Source of the DNA: Candidatus Latescibacterota bacterium
GTDB taxonomy: Bacteria > Latescibacterota > UBA2968
Direction: 5' to 3'
Length of the DNA stretch: 64,000 bases
NCBI GenBank assembly: GCA_965208125.1
Contig: OZ242320.1
Coordinates: 2,016,001 to 2,080,000 of the forward strand
Shown: positions 30,610 through 40,120 of the stretch, one piece after another
How the letters are laid out: each line of letters starts with the position of its first letter
Numbering within the stretch: position 1 is the stretch's first letter
The notes under the pieces: generated by a model
Database searches by the model: none
Told to the model about the DNA's origin: nothing
Seen by the model: only the letters and a program-made list of their open reading frames with translations
Translations under genes and position numbers: made by a program

Positions 30610-31206
30610 TTACTTCAGACAATGCGCCACTGCGTCCCTGTACGTTTCGAGCTCTGGGGTTTCCAGGTTCTTCACCTTGGCCAGATCATCCCATTTCCTG
30701 AGGTGCACGGCATTCTGGTAGTAAGGATTGCTTTCGAACTCGGTCCTTTCCCGATCTGACATGAAGCCTCCTTGCAGTTGGAAACTATGCTTAGAGGCTT
30801 CGGAAAGGGTGTTGTAGTAGGTCGAATCCGTGGTGCAGATGTATCGCTTGGCTGGAACGTGAAGTTTCACCGGTTCGGTCACCGCCTCGATAAAAAAGGG
30901 TGCTATGTACGCGGCGCCCACTTCTTCGTGGAGAAAGTCCTGGGTGTGGAAATCTGCGTTTTCTGCGTGTTCGTCCATCAGAAAATGGCCGATATCGTGC
31001 AATAGTGCGGCAGTTATCTGAATCGCGTCTCCATTGGCGAGCTGGGCCAGATTGGCGCACTGGAGCGCGTGTTCGAGTTGCGTTACGACTTCGTCGTAGT
31101 AGGACTGGCCCCTCGCTTCCATGTAGGCGAACAGGGCATCTATTTTTTTGTCTGACGTGCCTTCGGCCAATTCGTTCGCGAGTGTTGGATCGACGTGTTC
31201 CTTCAT
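30610..31206 (-). CDS. PhnZ/TmpB-like HD-domain oxygenase/phosphohydrolase
   Basis: QLEHALQCA, AALLHDIGH, HEEVGA, LHVPAKRY, QGG, LRKWDDLAK. Confidence 0.85.
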   Translation of the reverse strand: MKEHVDPTLANELAEGTSDKKIDALFAYMEARGQSYYDEVVTQLEHALQCANLAQLANGDAIQITAALLHDIGHFLMDEHAENADFHTQDFLHEEVGAAYIAPFFIEAVTEPVKLHVPAKRYICTTDSTYYNTLSEASKHSFQLQGGFMSDRERTEFESNPYYQNAVHLRKWDDLAKVKNLETPELETYRDAVAHCLK

Positions 31207-31258
31207 TTTGGCACCATCTTTCTCTAAAAATTTCGAGTGATAAATTTAATTGGAGGGA

Positions 31259-31933
31259 TTACAGCTGCTCATCCCGGTCTAACCATCCGTCCGATAGGTG
31301 TACGATGCGGTCCCCGTAAGCGGCGTTTTTCTCTGAGTGCGTGCATTGGACAATGGTTACGCCTTCGGCATTCAGGTGTTTGAACAGGGTCATGATCCGC
31401 TCGCCTTCTGCCGAGTTCAGGTTGCCGGTTGGCTCGTCGGCCAGTATCAATTTTGGTTGCGTGATCAATGCCCGGGCTATGCCTACCAGTTGTTGTTGTC
31501 CGCCGGATAACTGGTTGGGGAATAGTCGCTTTTTTGCCACGATGTTGAAGCGGTCCAGCATGTCGGCGATGCGGCCTTTGCGCTCGGATCCCTTTACTTT
31601 TTGATATAAGAGGGGAGTTTCCAAATTTTCGGCGACGGTTAGTTCGTCGATTAGATGGTAGCTCTGAAATACAAATCCGATGTGGTCGCGGTGCAGTTCG
31701 GTCAATGCGCGTTCGTCCAGTTTGTGAACTGCGCGGTTGTAAAAATGATACTCTCCATTCGAGGCGGTGTCCAGCATGCCCAGGATGTGCAATAGGGTTG
31801 ATTTGCCAGCACCAGAGGGTCCCATGATGGATACAAATTCTCCTTCGCGGATTTGTAGATCAATTCGCCGGAGTACGAATGTTTTTACGATGCCGTTTTC
31901 GTAGTATTTTTCGATGTTTTTTAGTTCGATCAT
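31259..31933 (-). CDS. ABC ATP-binding protein (MacB/LolD type)
   Basis: GPSGAGKST, LSGGQQQ, ILADEPTGNL; start MIELKN with an AAGGAG RBS. Confidence 0.95.
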   Translation of the reverse strand: MIELKNIEKYYENGIVKTFVLRRIDLQIREGEFVSIMGPSGAGKSTLLHILGMLDTASNGEYHFYNRAVHKLDERALTELHRDHIGFVFQSYHLIDELTVAENLETPLLYQKVKGSERKGRIADMLDRFNIVAKKRLFPNQLSGGQQQLVGIARALITQPKLILADEPTGNLNSAEGERIMTLFKHLNAEGVTIVQCTHSEKNAAYGDRIVHLSDGWLDRDEQL

Positions 31934-31960
31934 GTCTATCTCCTTATTAGCGGTCAGCAT

Positions 31961-32040
31961 TCAGCGGGCGACCACAGGGGGTCGCCCCTACAAATCGGAT
32001 TTACAATATCATCGTAGGGGCGGTGCCCCCGTGCCCGCCC
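31961..32040. repeat. pair of oppositely oriented GTAG-REP elements (31966-31991 minus, 32014-32040 plus)
   Basis: GGGCGACCACAGGGGGTCGCCCCTAC followed by GTAGGGGCGGTGCCCCCGTGCCCGCCC. Confidence 0.85.
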
Positions 32041-32068
32041 GTAGCAGTCACCCCAACCAGCTCCCACC

Positions 32069-32326
32069 TTATGCGCGGCGTTCGAATAGGATAGATACCT
32101 CGTGTTCGGAGGGTTCGCCAATTTCTACGAGCGACCAGTCTTCGTCGTAGTTTTCCACGATCCGTTTCAAACATGTGACTCTCTGTTCGTGGGGTTCGGC
32201 GTGTTCCTCCCAGGCGAATAGTTCCATGCGGTAATCGTATTTTCTGCTTTTGCCGTTTACCACTACGGTTACTTCCACGGTGTCTTCGGCGTCTAAAGGT
32301 GGCAATTTGATCGAGATTTTGGGCAT
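32069..32326 (-). CDS. small acidic hypothetical protein (85 aa) inside the ABC operon
   Basis: MPKISIKLPPL... with a GGAG RBS; co-oriented between a permease and an ATPase. Confidence 0.7.
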   Translation of the reverse strand: MPKISIKLPPLDAEDTVEVTVVVNGKSRKYDYRMELFAWEEHAEPHEQRVTCLKRIVENYDEDWSLVEIGEPSEHEVSILFERRA

Positions 32327-32347
32327 GGTGATTCTCCGGAACAACGG

Positions 32348-32378
32348 TCAGCGGGTGACCACAGGGGGTCGCCCCTAC
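32348..32378 (-). repeat. GTAG-REP overlapping the permease stop codon
   Basis: 31-bp direct repeat of 31961-31991 with 1 mismatch; its GTAG contains the TAG stop at 32375-32377. Confidence 0.85.
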
Positions 32379-34783
32379 TCATACCGCAGGGCGTCAACGG
32401 GATTGGATCGCGCGGCGCGGATGGCTTGCAGGCTTATGGTACACAGGGCGATGACGACGGCTAACAGGCTACACAGAAGATATATTTTTATGCCGGGTTC
32501 AATGCGATACGCAAAGCCGTTGAGCCATTGAGCCATTGCCCAGTAGGCCGCGGGCAAGGCGATGAGATTGGCGATGGTGAGGAGGAGTACAAATTCTCGT
32601 GACAACAGTGCAATAATCCCGCTTACCGATGCGCCCAATACTTTGCGGATACCAATTTCTTTGGTGCGCTGCGAAACAGATAGGGATGAGAGGCCGAATA
32701 AACCCAGACACGCGATTAAAATTCCAAATCCCGATGCGTACCAGACGATCTGGAGCCAGCGCTGTTCTCTACGGTATTGCTGGTTGACCTGTTGGTCCAG
32801 GAATGTAAATGCAAATGGGCGCGCAGGTTCTATTTTTTTCCAGGTTTCTCGCAGCAATTCAATACTGCCGTTCACATCTTCTGGACGAATACGCACGAGT
32901 ATCACGCTGGGACCACCATCTGGCGATGTGTGAAATACGATTGGGTCGATTTCGTTGTGGAGCGATTCGAAGTGAAAATTTTTCACCACGCCAACCACCT
33001 GGTGCGGCTCTGTTTTGTTCAGGACGGGAAAGGGTTGTCCAATTGGATCTTCCCATTCAAAGATGTCTGCGAGTGTTTCATTGACAATTACGGCGCGGTT
33101 GGGGTCGCTGGGAAATTCTGGGGAAAAGTTTCGCCCCATTTTCAGATTGATGTCCAGTGTTTTCAGATAGGCTTCGTCAATCCACATGGACCAGATCCTG
33201 AGCAATGTGCCATCGGGCAAGAGGTGGCCTCTCAGTTTTGTGCTGTTGATAAATGAATAGCCACCGCCGGCAATATTTACGATGTGGTCGCGGTCGCGCA
33301 AGGCTTCGCGCAGGCGCTGGAGGTTTTCCCGCGTGGCGTTGCGCAAGACGACGACCTGTTCGCTGGTATATCCCAGATTTTTTGTCTGCAAATAATCCAG
33401 TTGCTGCGCCATGATGCCCGTGCAGATCATCAATACGATTGACAAGGCATATTGCACGATGACGAGGGCGCGTGTGAAGGGTTTGCGCCGTTTTGTCCGG
33501 GTGTTGCCCTTGAATACAGATATGGGTTGTAATTTTGACAGTATTAGTGCTGGATAGCTGCCTGCGGCGAGTCCGACAAATACGAGTACACCTGTTAGCG
33601 CGACGATCAATTCCCAACTGGGGATGAGTGTCACTTCTCCGGCAATCATGTCGTTGAATACCGGTAAGAATAATCTGGCAAGTATCGATCCCAGGATCAG
33701 GGCGAGCAAGCTCATGAGCAGGGTTTCACCCCAGAATTGTTGCATGACGTTGCCGCGATGTGCGCCCAATACTTTGCGCATGCCCACTTCCAGTGACCGC
33801 CGCGCCGAGTATCCGAGGGACAGGGTTGTGAAATTGATGCACGCGATCAGCAGGACTGCTATGCCAATGGCTGATAGGACATAGGCGAACATAGGGCTGA
33901 TGGTTTGTTCGTATCCTCCGGTTACTTCGTTTTGAAAATGAATTTTTACAAGGGGCTGTAATTGGAATTGAAATGCATCGGCGCGATCTTGAATGCGTCC
34001 CCACTTGATCCAGTTACTTCGCTGTCTGGTCAGTCGCTCGGTGGTAAATGTGGCGAGTTTTTCGTTTAATGCTGTCGCCTGATTCGCGTCGTGGATTTGA
34101 ACATAAGTCGATACGCGCGCGCCCCACGCATTCGACATTTGAAAATGCCATTTGTTATCTCGATATGCACTCTCAAAGGGTATGAGTATGTCATTTCCAC
34201 GCATGCTCGAGGTCAGTGGCAATGCTTTCATAATGCCTGTGACGACATACTCCCGCGGTTCTCGAATGCCCTTGATACGCAGGGGCTGGCCGATCACACG
34301 GGCGTAATTTTCTGTTTCATCAAAGTATTTTCTCGCCACGCGCTCGCTGATGACCACGCTGTGCAAATCGTCAGTTACATCTCCGGCTAATAGCGGATAG
34401 GTGAATATTTGCAGATATGCGGGATCTATTAGTGCAATGCGTTCCCCAAATCGCTTATCCCCACGCTCGATAATCACATTTGAATTGGCAAATCGCGTTG
34501 TATGAGCGATTTCTGGGAATGCGTCTTTCAAGGCGGCTGCGAGATCCTCTGGCTGTCTTGCTGTCAATACAATTTCGCCTTCTCTGGTGATTTCCCGCGC
34601 CAATACCCGAAAGATCACCTCTCTGTTTTTGTGAAACCGATCAAAAGACCATTGTTGATGAACTGCCGAAAAAATGAGCACGCAGCATGCCATCCCTATC
34701 GCGAGTCCCAGGATGTTGATTGATGCGTATAATTTGTTCCGCATCAAATTGCGCAGGGCGATTTTGAGATAGTTTGTAAGCAT
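32375..34783 (-). CDS. MacB-like double-FtsX ABC permease
   Basis: NYLKIALRNL, IACINFTTL, KEIGIRKVLGA, NPVDALRYE; 802 aa. Confidence 0.95.
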   Translation of the reverse strand: MLTNYLKIALRNLMRNKLYASINILGLAIGMACCVLIFSAVHQQWSFDRFHKNREVIFRVLAREITREGEIVLTARQPEDLAAALKDAFPEIAHTTRFANSNVIIERGDKRFGERIALIDPAYLQIFTYPLLAGDVTDDLHSVVISERVARKYFDETENYARVIGQPLRIKGIREPREYVVTGIMKALPLTSSMRGNDILIPFESAYRDNKWHFQMSNAWGARVSTYVQIHDANQATALNEKLATFTTERLTRQRSNWIKWGRIQDRADAFQFQLQPLVKIHFQNEVTGGYEQTISPMFAYVLSAIGIAVLLIACINFTTLSLGYSARRSLEVGMRKVLGAHRGNVMQQFWGETLLMSLLALILGSILARLFLPVFNDMIAGEVTLIPSWELIVALTGVLVFVGLAAGSYPALILSKLQPISVFKGNTRTKRRKPFTRALVIVQYALSIVLMICTGIMAQQLDYLQTKNLGYTSEQVVVLRNATRENLQRLREALRDRDHIVNIAGGGYSFINSTKLRGHLLPDGTLLRIWSMWIDEAYLKTLDINLKMGRNFSPEFPSDPNRAVIVNETLADIFEWEDPIGQPFPVLNKTEPHQVVGVVKNFHFESLHNEIDPIVFHTSPDGGPSVILVRIRPEDVNGSIELLRETWKKIEPARPFAFTFLDQQVNQQYRREQRWLQIVWYASGFGILIACLGLFGLSSLSVSQRTKEIGIRKVLGASVSGIIALLSREFVLLLTIANLIALPAAYWAMAQWLNGFAYRIEPGIKIYLLCSLLAVVIALCTISLQAIRAARSNPVDALRYE

Positions 34784-34795
34784 GCGGTTTTTCCG

Positions 34796-35473
34796 CTATC
34801 CCCTGATGTTTTCTGTGACGACATGACCGTCGAACAGGTGGATGATGCGATGCGCGTATCCCGCGTCGTGCGAGTTGTGGGTCACCATGACGATTGTGGT
34901 GCCGTTTTTGTTCAGTTCGGTCAACAGGTCCATGACCTCGTTGCCGTTTGCCGAGTCGAGATTACCCGTTGGCTCGTCTGCGAGGATGATGTTGGGGTTT
35001 GCTATGACGGCTCTGGCTACGGCCACGCGCTGCTGCTGACCGCCGGATAATTGCTGCGGGAAATGCTTTTCGCGGTGTTTGATGCCCATGTATTCGAGGG
35101 ATTCATCCAGGCGCTGTTTGCGCTCGCTGGCTGGTAAGCCCAGATATAGCAGGGGCAGTTCCACGTTTTCGGCGACGGTCAGTTCGTCGATAAGGTTGAA
35201 GCTTTGAAATACAAAGCCGATGTTTGACTTGCGGGTGTTGGCTCTTTGCCGTTCGGAGTGTTTGGAGACTTCTTCTTCGTTCAGAAAGTATTCTCCGCCG
35301 CTCGGGTTGTCCAGCAGACCGAGTACGTTCAAGAGTGTGGATTTGCCGCATCCCGATGGTCCCATTACGGCGACGAATTCGCCTTCGTCAATGTCTATAT
35401 TGACATTGTTCAGGGCAGTTGTTTCCACTTCTTCTGTGGTATAGACTTTCTCAAGGTTGACGGTTTTGATCAT
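34796..35473 (-). CDS. ABC ATP-binding protein (MacB/LolD type)
   Basis: GPSGCGKST, LSGGQQQRVAVAR, ILADEPTGNLDS. Confidence 0.96.
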   Translation of the reverse strand: MIKTVNLEKVYTTEEVETTALNNVNIDIDEGEFVAVMGPSGCGKSTLLNVLGLLDNPSGGEYFLNEEEVSKHSERQRANTRKSNIGFVFQSFNLIDELTVAENVELPLLYLGLPASERKQRLDESLEYMGIKHREKHFPQQLSGGQQQRVAVARAVIANPNIILADEPTGNLDSANGNEVMDLLTELNKNGTTIVMVTHNSHDAGYAHRIIHLFDGHVVTENIRG

Positions 35474-35504
35474 TGTGAGACTCCTTTTGTAAAAAGCGAT
35501 TGGT

Positions 35505-36863
35505 TTACCGCTTTAATACTAATTTGTCGATTTCTTCGTAATTGTCATAAGACGATGTGACCACGCGCTCGCCGGTAGAGAGGCCGGCGAGGACTTCGAA
35601 GTATTCGGGGCTTTGGCGGCCTATGCGCACTTCGCGGCGTATGGCTTCGTCGCCTTCGACGACAAATACCCAGTTGCCGCCTGTTGTTTGATAAAATCCA
35701 CCGCGGGGAAGCAACAGGGCTTCTTCGGGTGCGTCGAGTTCCAATCGTATCTGTTCTGTTTGACCGCGCCGAATGCTTTGCGGTGTCGCATCCACAAAAT
35801 CCATATCGACTTCAAATTGTCCTTCTAAGACTTCGGGAAAGACCCGACGGATGGTTAGTTCATAAGTTTCATCGTCGATTTCAATGGTGCCTTTGAGTCC
35901 CTTTGTGATTCTGGTGATGTAAAATTCATCGATGCCCACCCGCATTTTATAAGCGTCGAGTACATCGACCTGACCAATGCGCCTTCCCCTGTTCATCAAC
36001 TGACCGATTTCTGCATTTAATTGGGACAATTGGCCGGCAATGGGCGCGCGTACGGTCAGGTTTTCCAATGGGCGGCGCACATGCTCCAATTGCCGTTGCA
36101 GGCTCCTGGCGCTCGTGTCCAGTGCAGCGAGTTGGTTGATGCGATACAGCGAGTCCTGGCGTACTGTTTCCAGTGCAAATGACCTGCGTTTTTGATCGTT
36201 TTGATATCGATCTCGCGCACTTTCAAACAGGTCTTGGGAAGTCAATCCGCGTTCGAACAAAACTTTCTGCTTTTCGTATTGGCGTTCTGTCTCCCGCAAG
36301 TTCAATTCAACGCGCATCAGTTCCTGGCGGTTGCGAATGGCCCGATTTTCCAGATTCAACCGGGTGTTTTCCATGTTGTTGATTTGTTCAAATAAACGGG
36401 CTTCCTGGGTTAAAATATTTTGTTCCAGGGTGGGATTTGACAATTTCAAAATGGGTATGCCTTTTTCGACCATTGTTCCTTCTTCGAGAAAGATTTCCTC
36501 TATTTGTCCGCCTTCCAGTGCGTCGATATAATAGGTTTGTATCGGCAATACAGTGCCGCGCTGGACGGTAAATTCCTGAAAGGGACCGCGCGTGACTTCT
36601 GAGATGGTAATCCGATCGACCTGTACATTGAGCCGGGCGCTGTGGTCGCCAAAGACCGCCATGTAGATCACGGCACACACAAATACGGCGATCCCGCTTA
36701 TGCTGGCGATGCGCTTTGGCGTCCATACTTTTTTTTCGACTCTGCGGTCCATGCCGTCCTGGCTCGTGGCGTCTGTTGACGGTTCGGGCGAGGAAGAACC
36801 CCTGCCTACAAAGCTGGGTACGGCTTTCTTTTTAGGCCCATCATCTCGTTCGGGTGTTGACAC
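35505..36863 (-). CDS. periplasmic adaptor / membrane fusion protein (HlyD/MacA family)
   Basis: N-terminal TM, lipoyl half-motifs (EGGQIEEIFLEEG, VRAPIAGQL), long coiled coil and GLSTGERVV. Confidence 0.92.
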   Translation of the reverse strand: MSTPERDDGPKKKAVPSFVGRGSSSPEPSTDATSQDGMDRRVEKKVWTPKRIASISGIAVFVCAVIYMAVFGDHSARLNVQVDRITISEVTRGPFQEFTVQRGTVLPIQTYYIDALEGGQIEEIFLEEGTMVEKGIPILKLSNPTLEQNILTQEARLFEQINNMENTRLNLENRAIRNRQELMRVELNLRETERQYEKQKVLFERGLTSQDLFESARDRYQNDQKRRSFALETVRQDSLYRINQLAALDTSARSLQRQLEHVRRPLENLTVRAPIAGQLSQLNAEIGQLMNRGRRIGQVDVLDAYKMRVGIDEFYITRITKGLKGTIEIDDETYELTIRRVFPEVLEGQFEVDMDFVDATPQSIRRGQTEQIRLELDAPEEALLLPRGGFYQTTGGNWVFVVEGDEAIRREVRIGRQSPEYFEVLAGLSTGERVVTSSYDNYEEIDKLVLKR

Positions 36864-36963
36864 GTTTGTACCCTCTATCCAGAGTTTGGTGTGAATGCTG
36901 AATGGAAAAAATAGTCATACTTTGAACAATATTCAACTTTGTTTTGCGTCAATGTACCTATTT

Positions 36964-39393
36964 TCACTCATATCGCAAGGCGTCAATTGGATTGGATCGT
37001 GCGGCGCGAACAGCCTGCATGCTCACGGTGCCAAAGGCGATGATCAATGCCATTATCGCACTTGCAGCAAATGGTAAGACATTTAAATCTGTCTGATAGG
37101 CAAATCCAGAGAGCCAGTCGCGCATGAGATAGTAGGCAACTGGCCAGGCGATGAGATTGGCAAGCAGTATGAGCACTATAAATTCGCGGGAGAGCAGCAT
37201 GACCAGATGTGGTGTGGATGCGCCCAGTACTTTTCGCACGCCAATTTCTTTGGTGCGAGACTGAACCATGAATGCGGCCAGTCCAAACAGTCCCAAACAC
37301 GCTACAAAAATTGCGAGCAATGAAAACACGCCGAGCATTTTGCCAGTGAGTTGTTCGTTGAAATAGTACCACTGTATGATCTCATCTAAAAAGTGATGTT
37401 CAAAGGGGACCTCTGGCATAAAGTGTTTCCACTGCGTTTCGAGAAAGGACAGGGTTTGCGCGGTGTTTTCTGGTCGGATGCGCAGGGCCAGTGAAACAAA
37501 CAGTCTCCATTTGCCTATAAAACCCATGGGGGCTATTTCTTCTCGTAGCGTCAAGCTGTGGTAGTCTTTTACGACGCCAATTACTGTCAGGGATCGGTTT
37601 TCATATGCTGGCAACAGAATTTGCTTGCCAATCGGGTCATCCTCCCAGCCGAGCAGGCGCACGGCTGTTTCGTTCAAAATAATCGCTTGAGAGGTATCGC
37701 TGGCAACATCGGCTGAAAAGGCACGACCGCGGAGCACGGGAATATCAAATGTTTCAAAAAATGAATCATCGACTTCGTTTATGTTAATTGTCCGTTCTTT
37801 TGTGCGGTCTCTATCGGGCCAGATCCGTCGCGGTCGTCCGCCGTATCCCGATATGTCGTATCGCAGTGCTGATGCGCTGAGGATATTGGGGTGTTCGAGA
37901 AAGACCTGTTTGACCATCTGGTGGCGTGCTGAAAGGCGCATTTGTGGGTCGAATTCATGCTGACGGTCGTGAGCAAAGATGGGTAAACTCACAATGTGGT
38001 CGCGTGCAAAACCCATGTCTTTGGTTTCTATAAATCGCAGTTGTTGATAAACCACGAGGGTGCAGATCACCAGCAAGATAGACATGCCAAATTGAAATAC
38101 TAAGAGTCCTTTTTTCAGCCCTGTGGAACCGGAGGAGGAAGACGTACTGCTTTTTAATGCGTTCACCGGGCGAAAAGAGGAGAGGAAAAACGCCGGATAC
38201 CATCCCGCCAGCAGCCCGACCACCAATGTTAGTGCCAGTACTGCCGGCGCACCTATTATTACTGTAGCCGCGTTGAGGTGTAAATCGCCGCGCACAAATT
38301 GGTTGAATAAGGGCAGGGATAACTCGACCAGTGCAAGGGCAATCAGCAGGGCGGAACAGGTTAAAAGCAGGGATTCGCTCAAGAACTGGACCATTAATTG
38401 CGGGCGATGCGCGCCAACGACTTTTCGCACACCTACTTCGCGTTTGCGGGTGACAGCGCGAGCCGTTGCCAGGTTTGTAAAGTTCACGCAGGCAATGACC
38501 ACTACGATCAGTCCAATAGCTGCCAGCATGTAAATTTGTTGCATGGGGCTGCTGGCAGCCGGGTTAAAGTCGGATTCACCATGCAAGTACACGCGGTGCA
38601 GGGGCTGTAGATGATAGGTGTTTTTTGCCGCAACGTCATCCCCCATATATTGCACGATCAGCGACTGCATTTTTGCCTGGAGGGTTTCTGCGTTTTGTCC
38701 CGCTTTTAATAGCACATAGGTTTTTACTGGACGCCACGATTGCCTGGGTAGCCACATCATCCACGGCTCTTGTGTTTTTCCTACGGAGGGTATTGTGGTT
38801 GTGAGCAAATGAAATTGAAGGTCTGATAAAAGGTGTGGTGCCTTTACGATGCCAGTAACTGTGTACTCGCCTGGAAAATTGCGATTATCGACGGAAACTG
38901 TTTTGCCCATTGGATCGATATCGCCAAATAGGTGTTGCGCCATGTCGTCGGTAATGACCGCAGAGTAGGGCAGGCGAAACGCGGTTTCTGGGTCGCCTTT
39001 TATGAAGGGGAAATCAAATACGTCCAGAAAGTTGTCATCTACCAGTGCCAGGGTATATAGATTCTTGTGGTCGCCATATTGTGCAGATACGCCCCACCGC
39101 CAGATACGCACGGTTGTTTCTACTTCGGGAAATGTTTCTTTTAACACGGGACCGAGTGCGCCTGATGTCCCTTCTGCGTATGTTGTTTGCGTTGTACCGC
39201 GTTCTTCCCGAACTACTTTGTAAATGCGGTCGCCCAGGGTGTGCGAGCGATCTATTGCAAACTCCTGCTGGGTGTACAACAGGATTAAGATGCCACACGC
39301 CAGTCCGATGGCCAGTCCCAATACATTGATGGCTGTGTACAATTTGTGCCGCATCAAATTGCGGATCGCGACGGTTAGATAATTTTTGATCAT
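36964..39393 (-). CDS. MacB-like double-FtsX ABC permease (close paralog of 56046-58475)
   Basis: 809 aa with conserved permease motifs and a NPIDALRYE end. Confidence 0.95.
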   Translation of the reverse strand: MIKNYLTVAIRNLMRHKLYTAINVLGLAIGLACGILILLYTQQEFAIDRSHTLGDRIYKVVREERGTTQTTYAEGTSGALGPVLKETFPEVETTVRIWRWGVSAQYGDHKNLYTLALVDDNFLDVFDFPFIKGDPETAFRLPYSAVITDDMAQHLFGDIDPMGKTVSVDNRNFPGEYTVTGIVKAPHLLSDLQFHLLTTTIPSVGKTQEPWMMWLPRQSWRPVKTYVLLKAGQNAETLQAKMQSLIVQYMGDDVAAKNTYHLQPLHRVYLHGESDFNPAASSPMQQIYMLAAIGLIVVVIACVNFTNLATARAVTRKREVGVRKVVGAHRPQLMVQFLSESLLLTCSALLIALALVELSLPLFNQFVRGDLHLNAATVIIGAPAVLALTLVVGLLAGWYPAFFLSSFRPVNALKSSTSSSSGSTGLKKGLLVFQFGMSILLVICTLVVYQQLRFIETKDMGFARDHIVSLPIFAHDRQHEFDPQMRLSARHQMVKQVFLEHPNILSASALRYDISGYGGRPRRIWPDRDRTKERTININEVDDSFFETFDIPVLRGRAFSADVASDTSQAIILNETAVRLLGWEDDPIGKQILLPAYENRSLTVIGVVKDYHSLTLREEIAPMGFIGKWRLFVSLALRIRPENTAQTLSFLETQWKHFMPEVPFEHHFLDEIIQWYYFNEQLTGKMLGVFSLLAIFVACLGLFGLAAFMVQSRTKEIGVRKVLGASTPHLVMLLSREFIVLILLANLIAWPVAYYLMRDWLSGFAYQTDLNVLPFAASAIMALIIAFGTVSMQAVRAARSNPIDALRYE

Positions 39394-39478
39394 GGTCTTA
39401 TCCTCTGTTCCGTCCAGTTATTTTACAGTCAGCGGTCAGCCATTTATCATTCAGGTAAGTGAACGTATTAAAATAACA

Positions 39479-39596
39479 AGCAATTACTGTGCCAAAGGAA
39501 TCTTCTCTATGTTTTACAAGTAGTTATGAAAATTTAGGCCATGAACGCGGTTCAAGAAGTGTCCGATTTTGATACAGTAGTGTCCGAAAATGAACA
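39479..39596 (-). promoter_or_regulatory. sigma54 promoter plus bEBP enhancer cassette, copy 1
   Basis: Minus-strand TGGCACAGTAATTGCT (39479-39494); tandem TGTCCG-N8-ACA and TGTCCG-N7-ACA sites at 39560-39596. Confidence 0.85.
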
Positions 39597-39610
39597 CTTT
39601 ATAAAAAAAA

Positions 39611-39641
39611 CAGGCACATTGTTTTTAGTTCAATGTGCCTG
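39611..39641. terminator. hairpin CAGGCACATTG...CAATGTGCCTG, probable terminator of the upstream minus-strand gene
   Basis: 11-bp inverted repeat next to an A-run on the plus strand; a related hairpin is at about 61514-61544. Confidence 0.6.
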
Positions 39642-39719
39642 CTGTATTATCCGTAGAACCATTATTTATCACAATGAATGCAGCGTTTTATTGTGTGAAA
39701 GGGGTTTATTCTACTTCGG

Positions 39720-39998
39720 TCAGTGTTCCACTGCTGTTTCTTGTACAGGATCGTAAATTTTAATGCCACCCAAGTTTTCAATTCGTTTCCATGACAGTCC
39801 CGTTAGCATTGTAGCGACTTGTTTCCACAGGGGACCGTGCAATACCTCAAAGTCTGATTGCGTATCGTAACCGATAAAAACACTTGGGACAGGGCGTGCA
39901 TTCGGGAACGTTTTCTTAAGTTGGACACGAGAAGATGGGTGTAGTTGGTAGGTGCAACCATCCCGTTGGCGGCCAATTTGAATAATAAGAGATTCCAT
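39720..39998 (-). CDS. hypothetical protein (92 aa)
   Basis: MESLIIQIGRQRDG... with an AAGGA RBS; no recognised motif. Confidence 0.6.
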   Translation of the reverse strand: MESLIIQIGRQRDGCTYQLHPSSRVQLKKTFPNARPVPSVFIGYDTQSDFEVLHGPLWKQVATMLTGLSWKRIENLGGIKIYDPVQETAVEH

Positions 39999-40083
39999 TT
40001 TGTATCCTTTTTTTATGGATGTGATAGTCAATGTGTATATTCTCCTGAAAAAATATAGCTAACCATGAATTGGTATCCAATAT

Positions 40084-40116
40084 TTATTCTACGACGCGGA
40101 GATAGACATATTTCCT
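40084..40116 (-). pseudogene. remnant of the last 10 codons of a second GWxTD gene
   Basis: RKYVYLRVVE* versus RKYVYFRVVE* at 42633-42665; lies directly after the permease stop. Confidence 0.8.
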
Positions 40117-40120
40117 ATTT

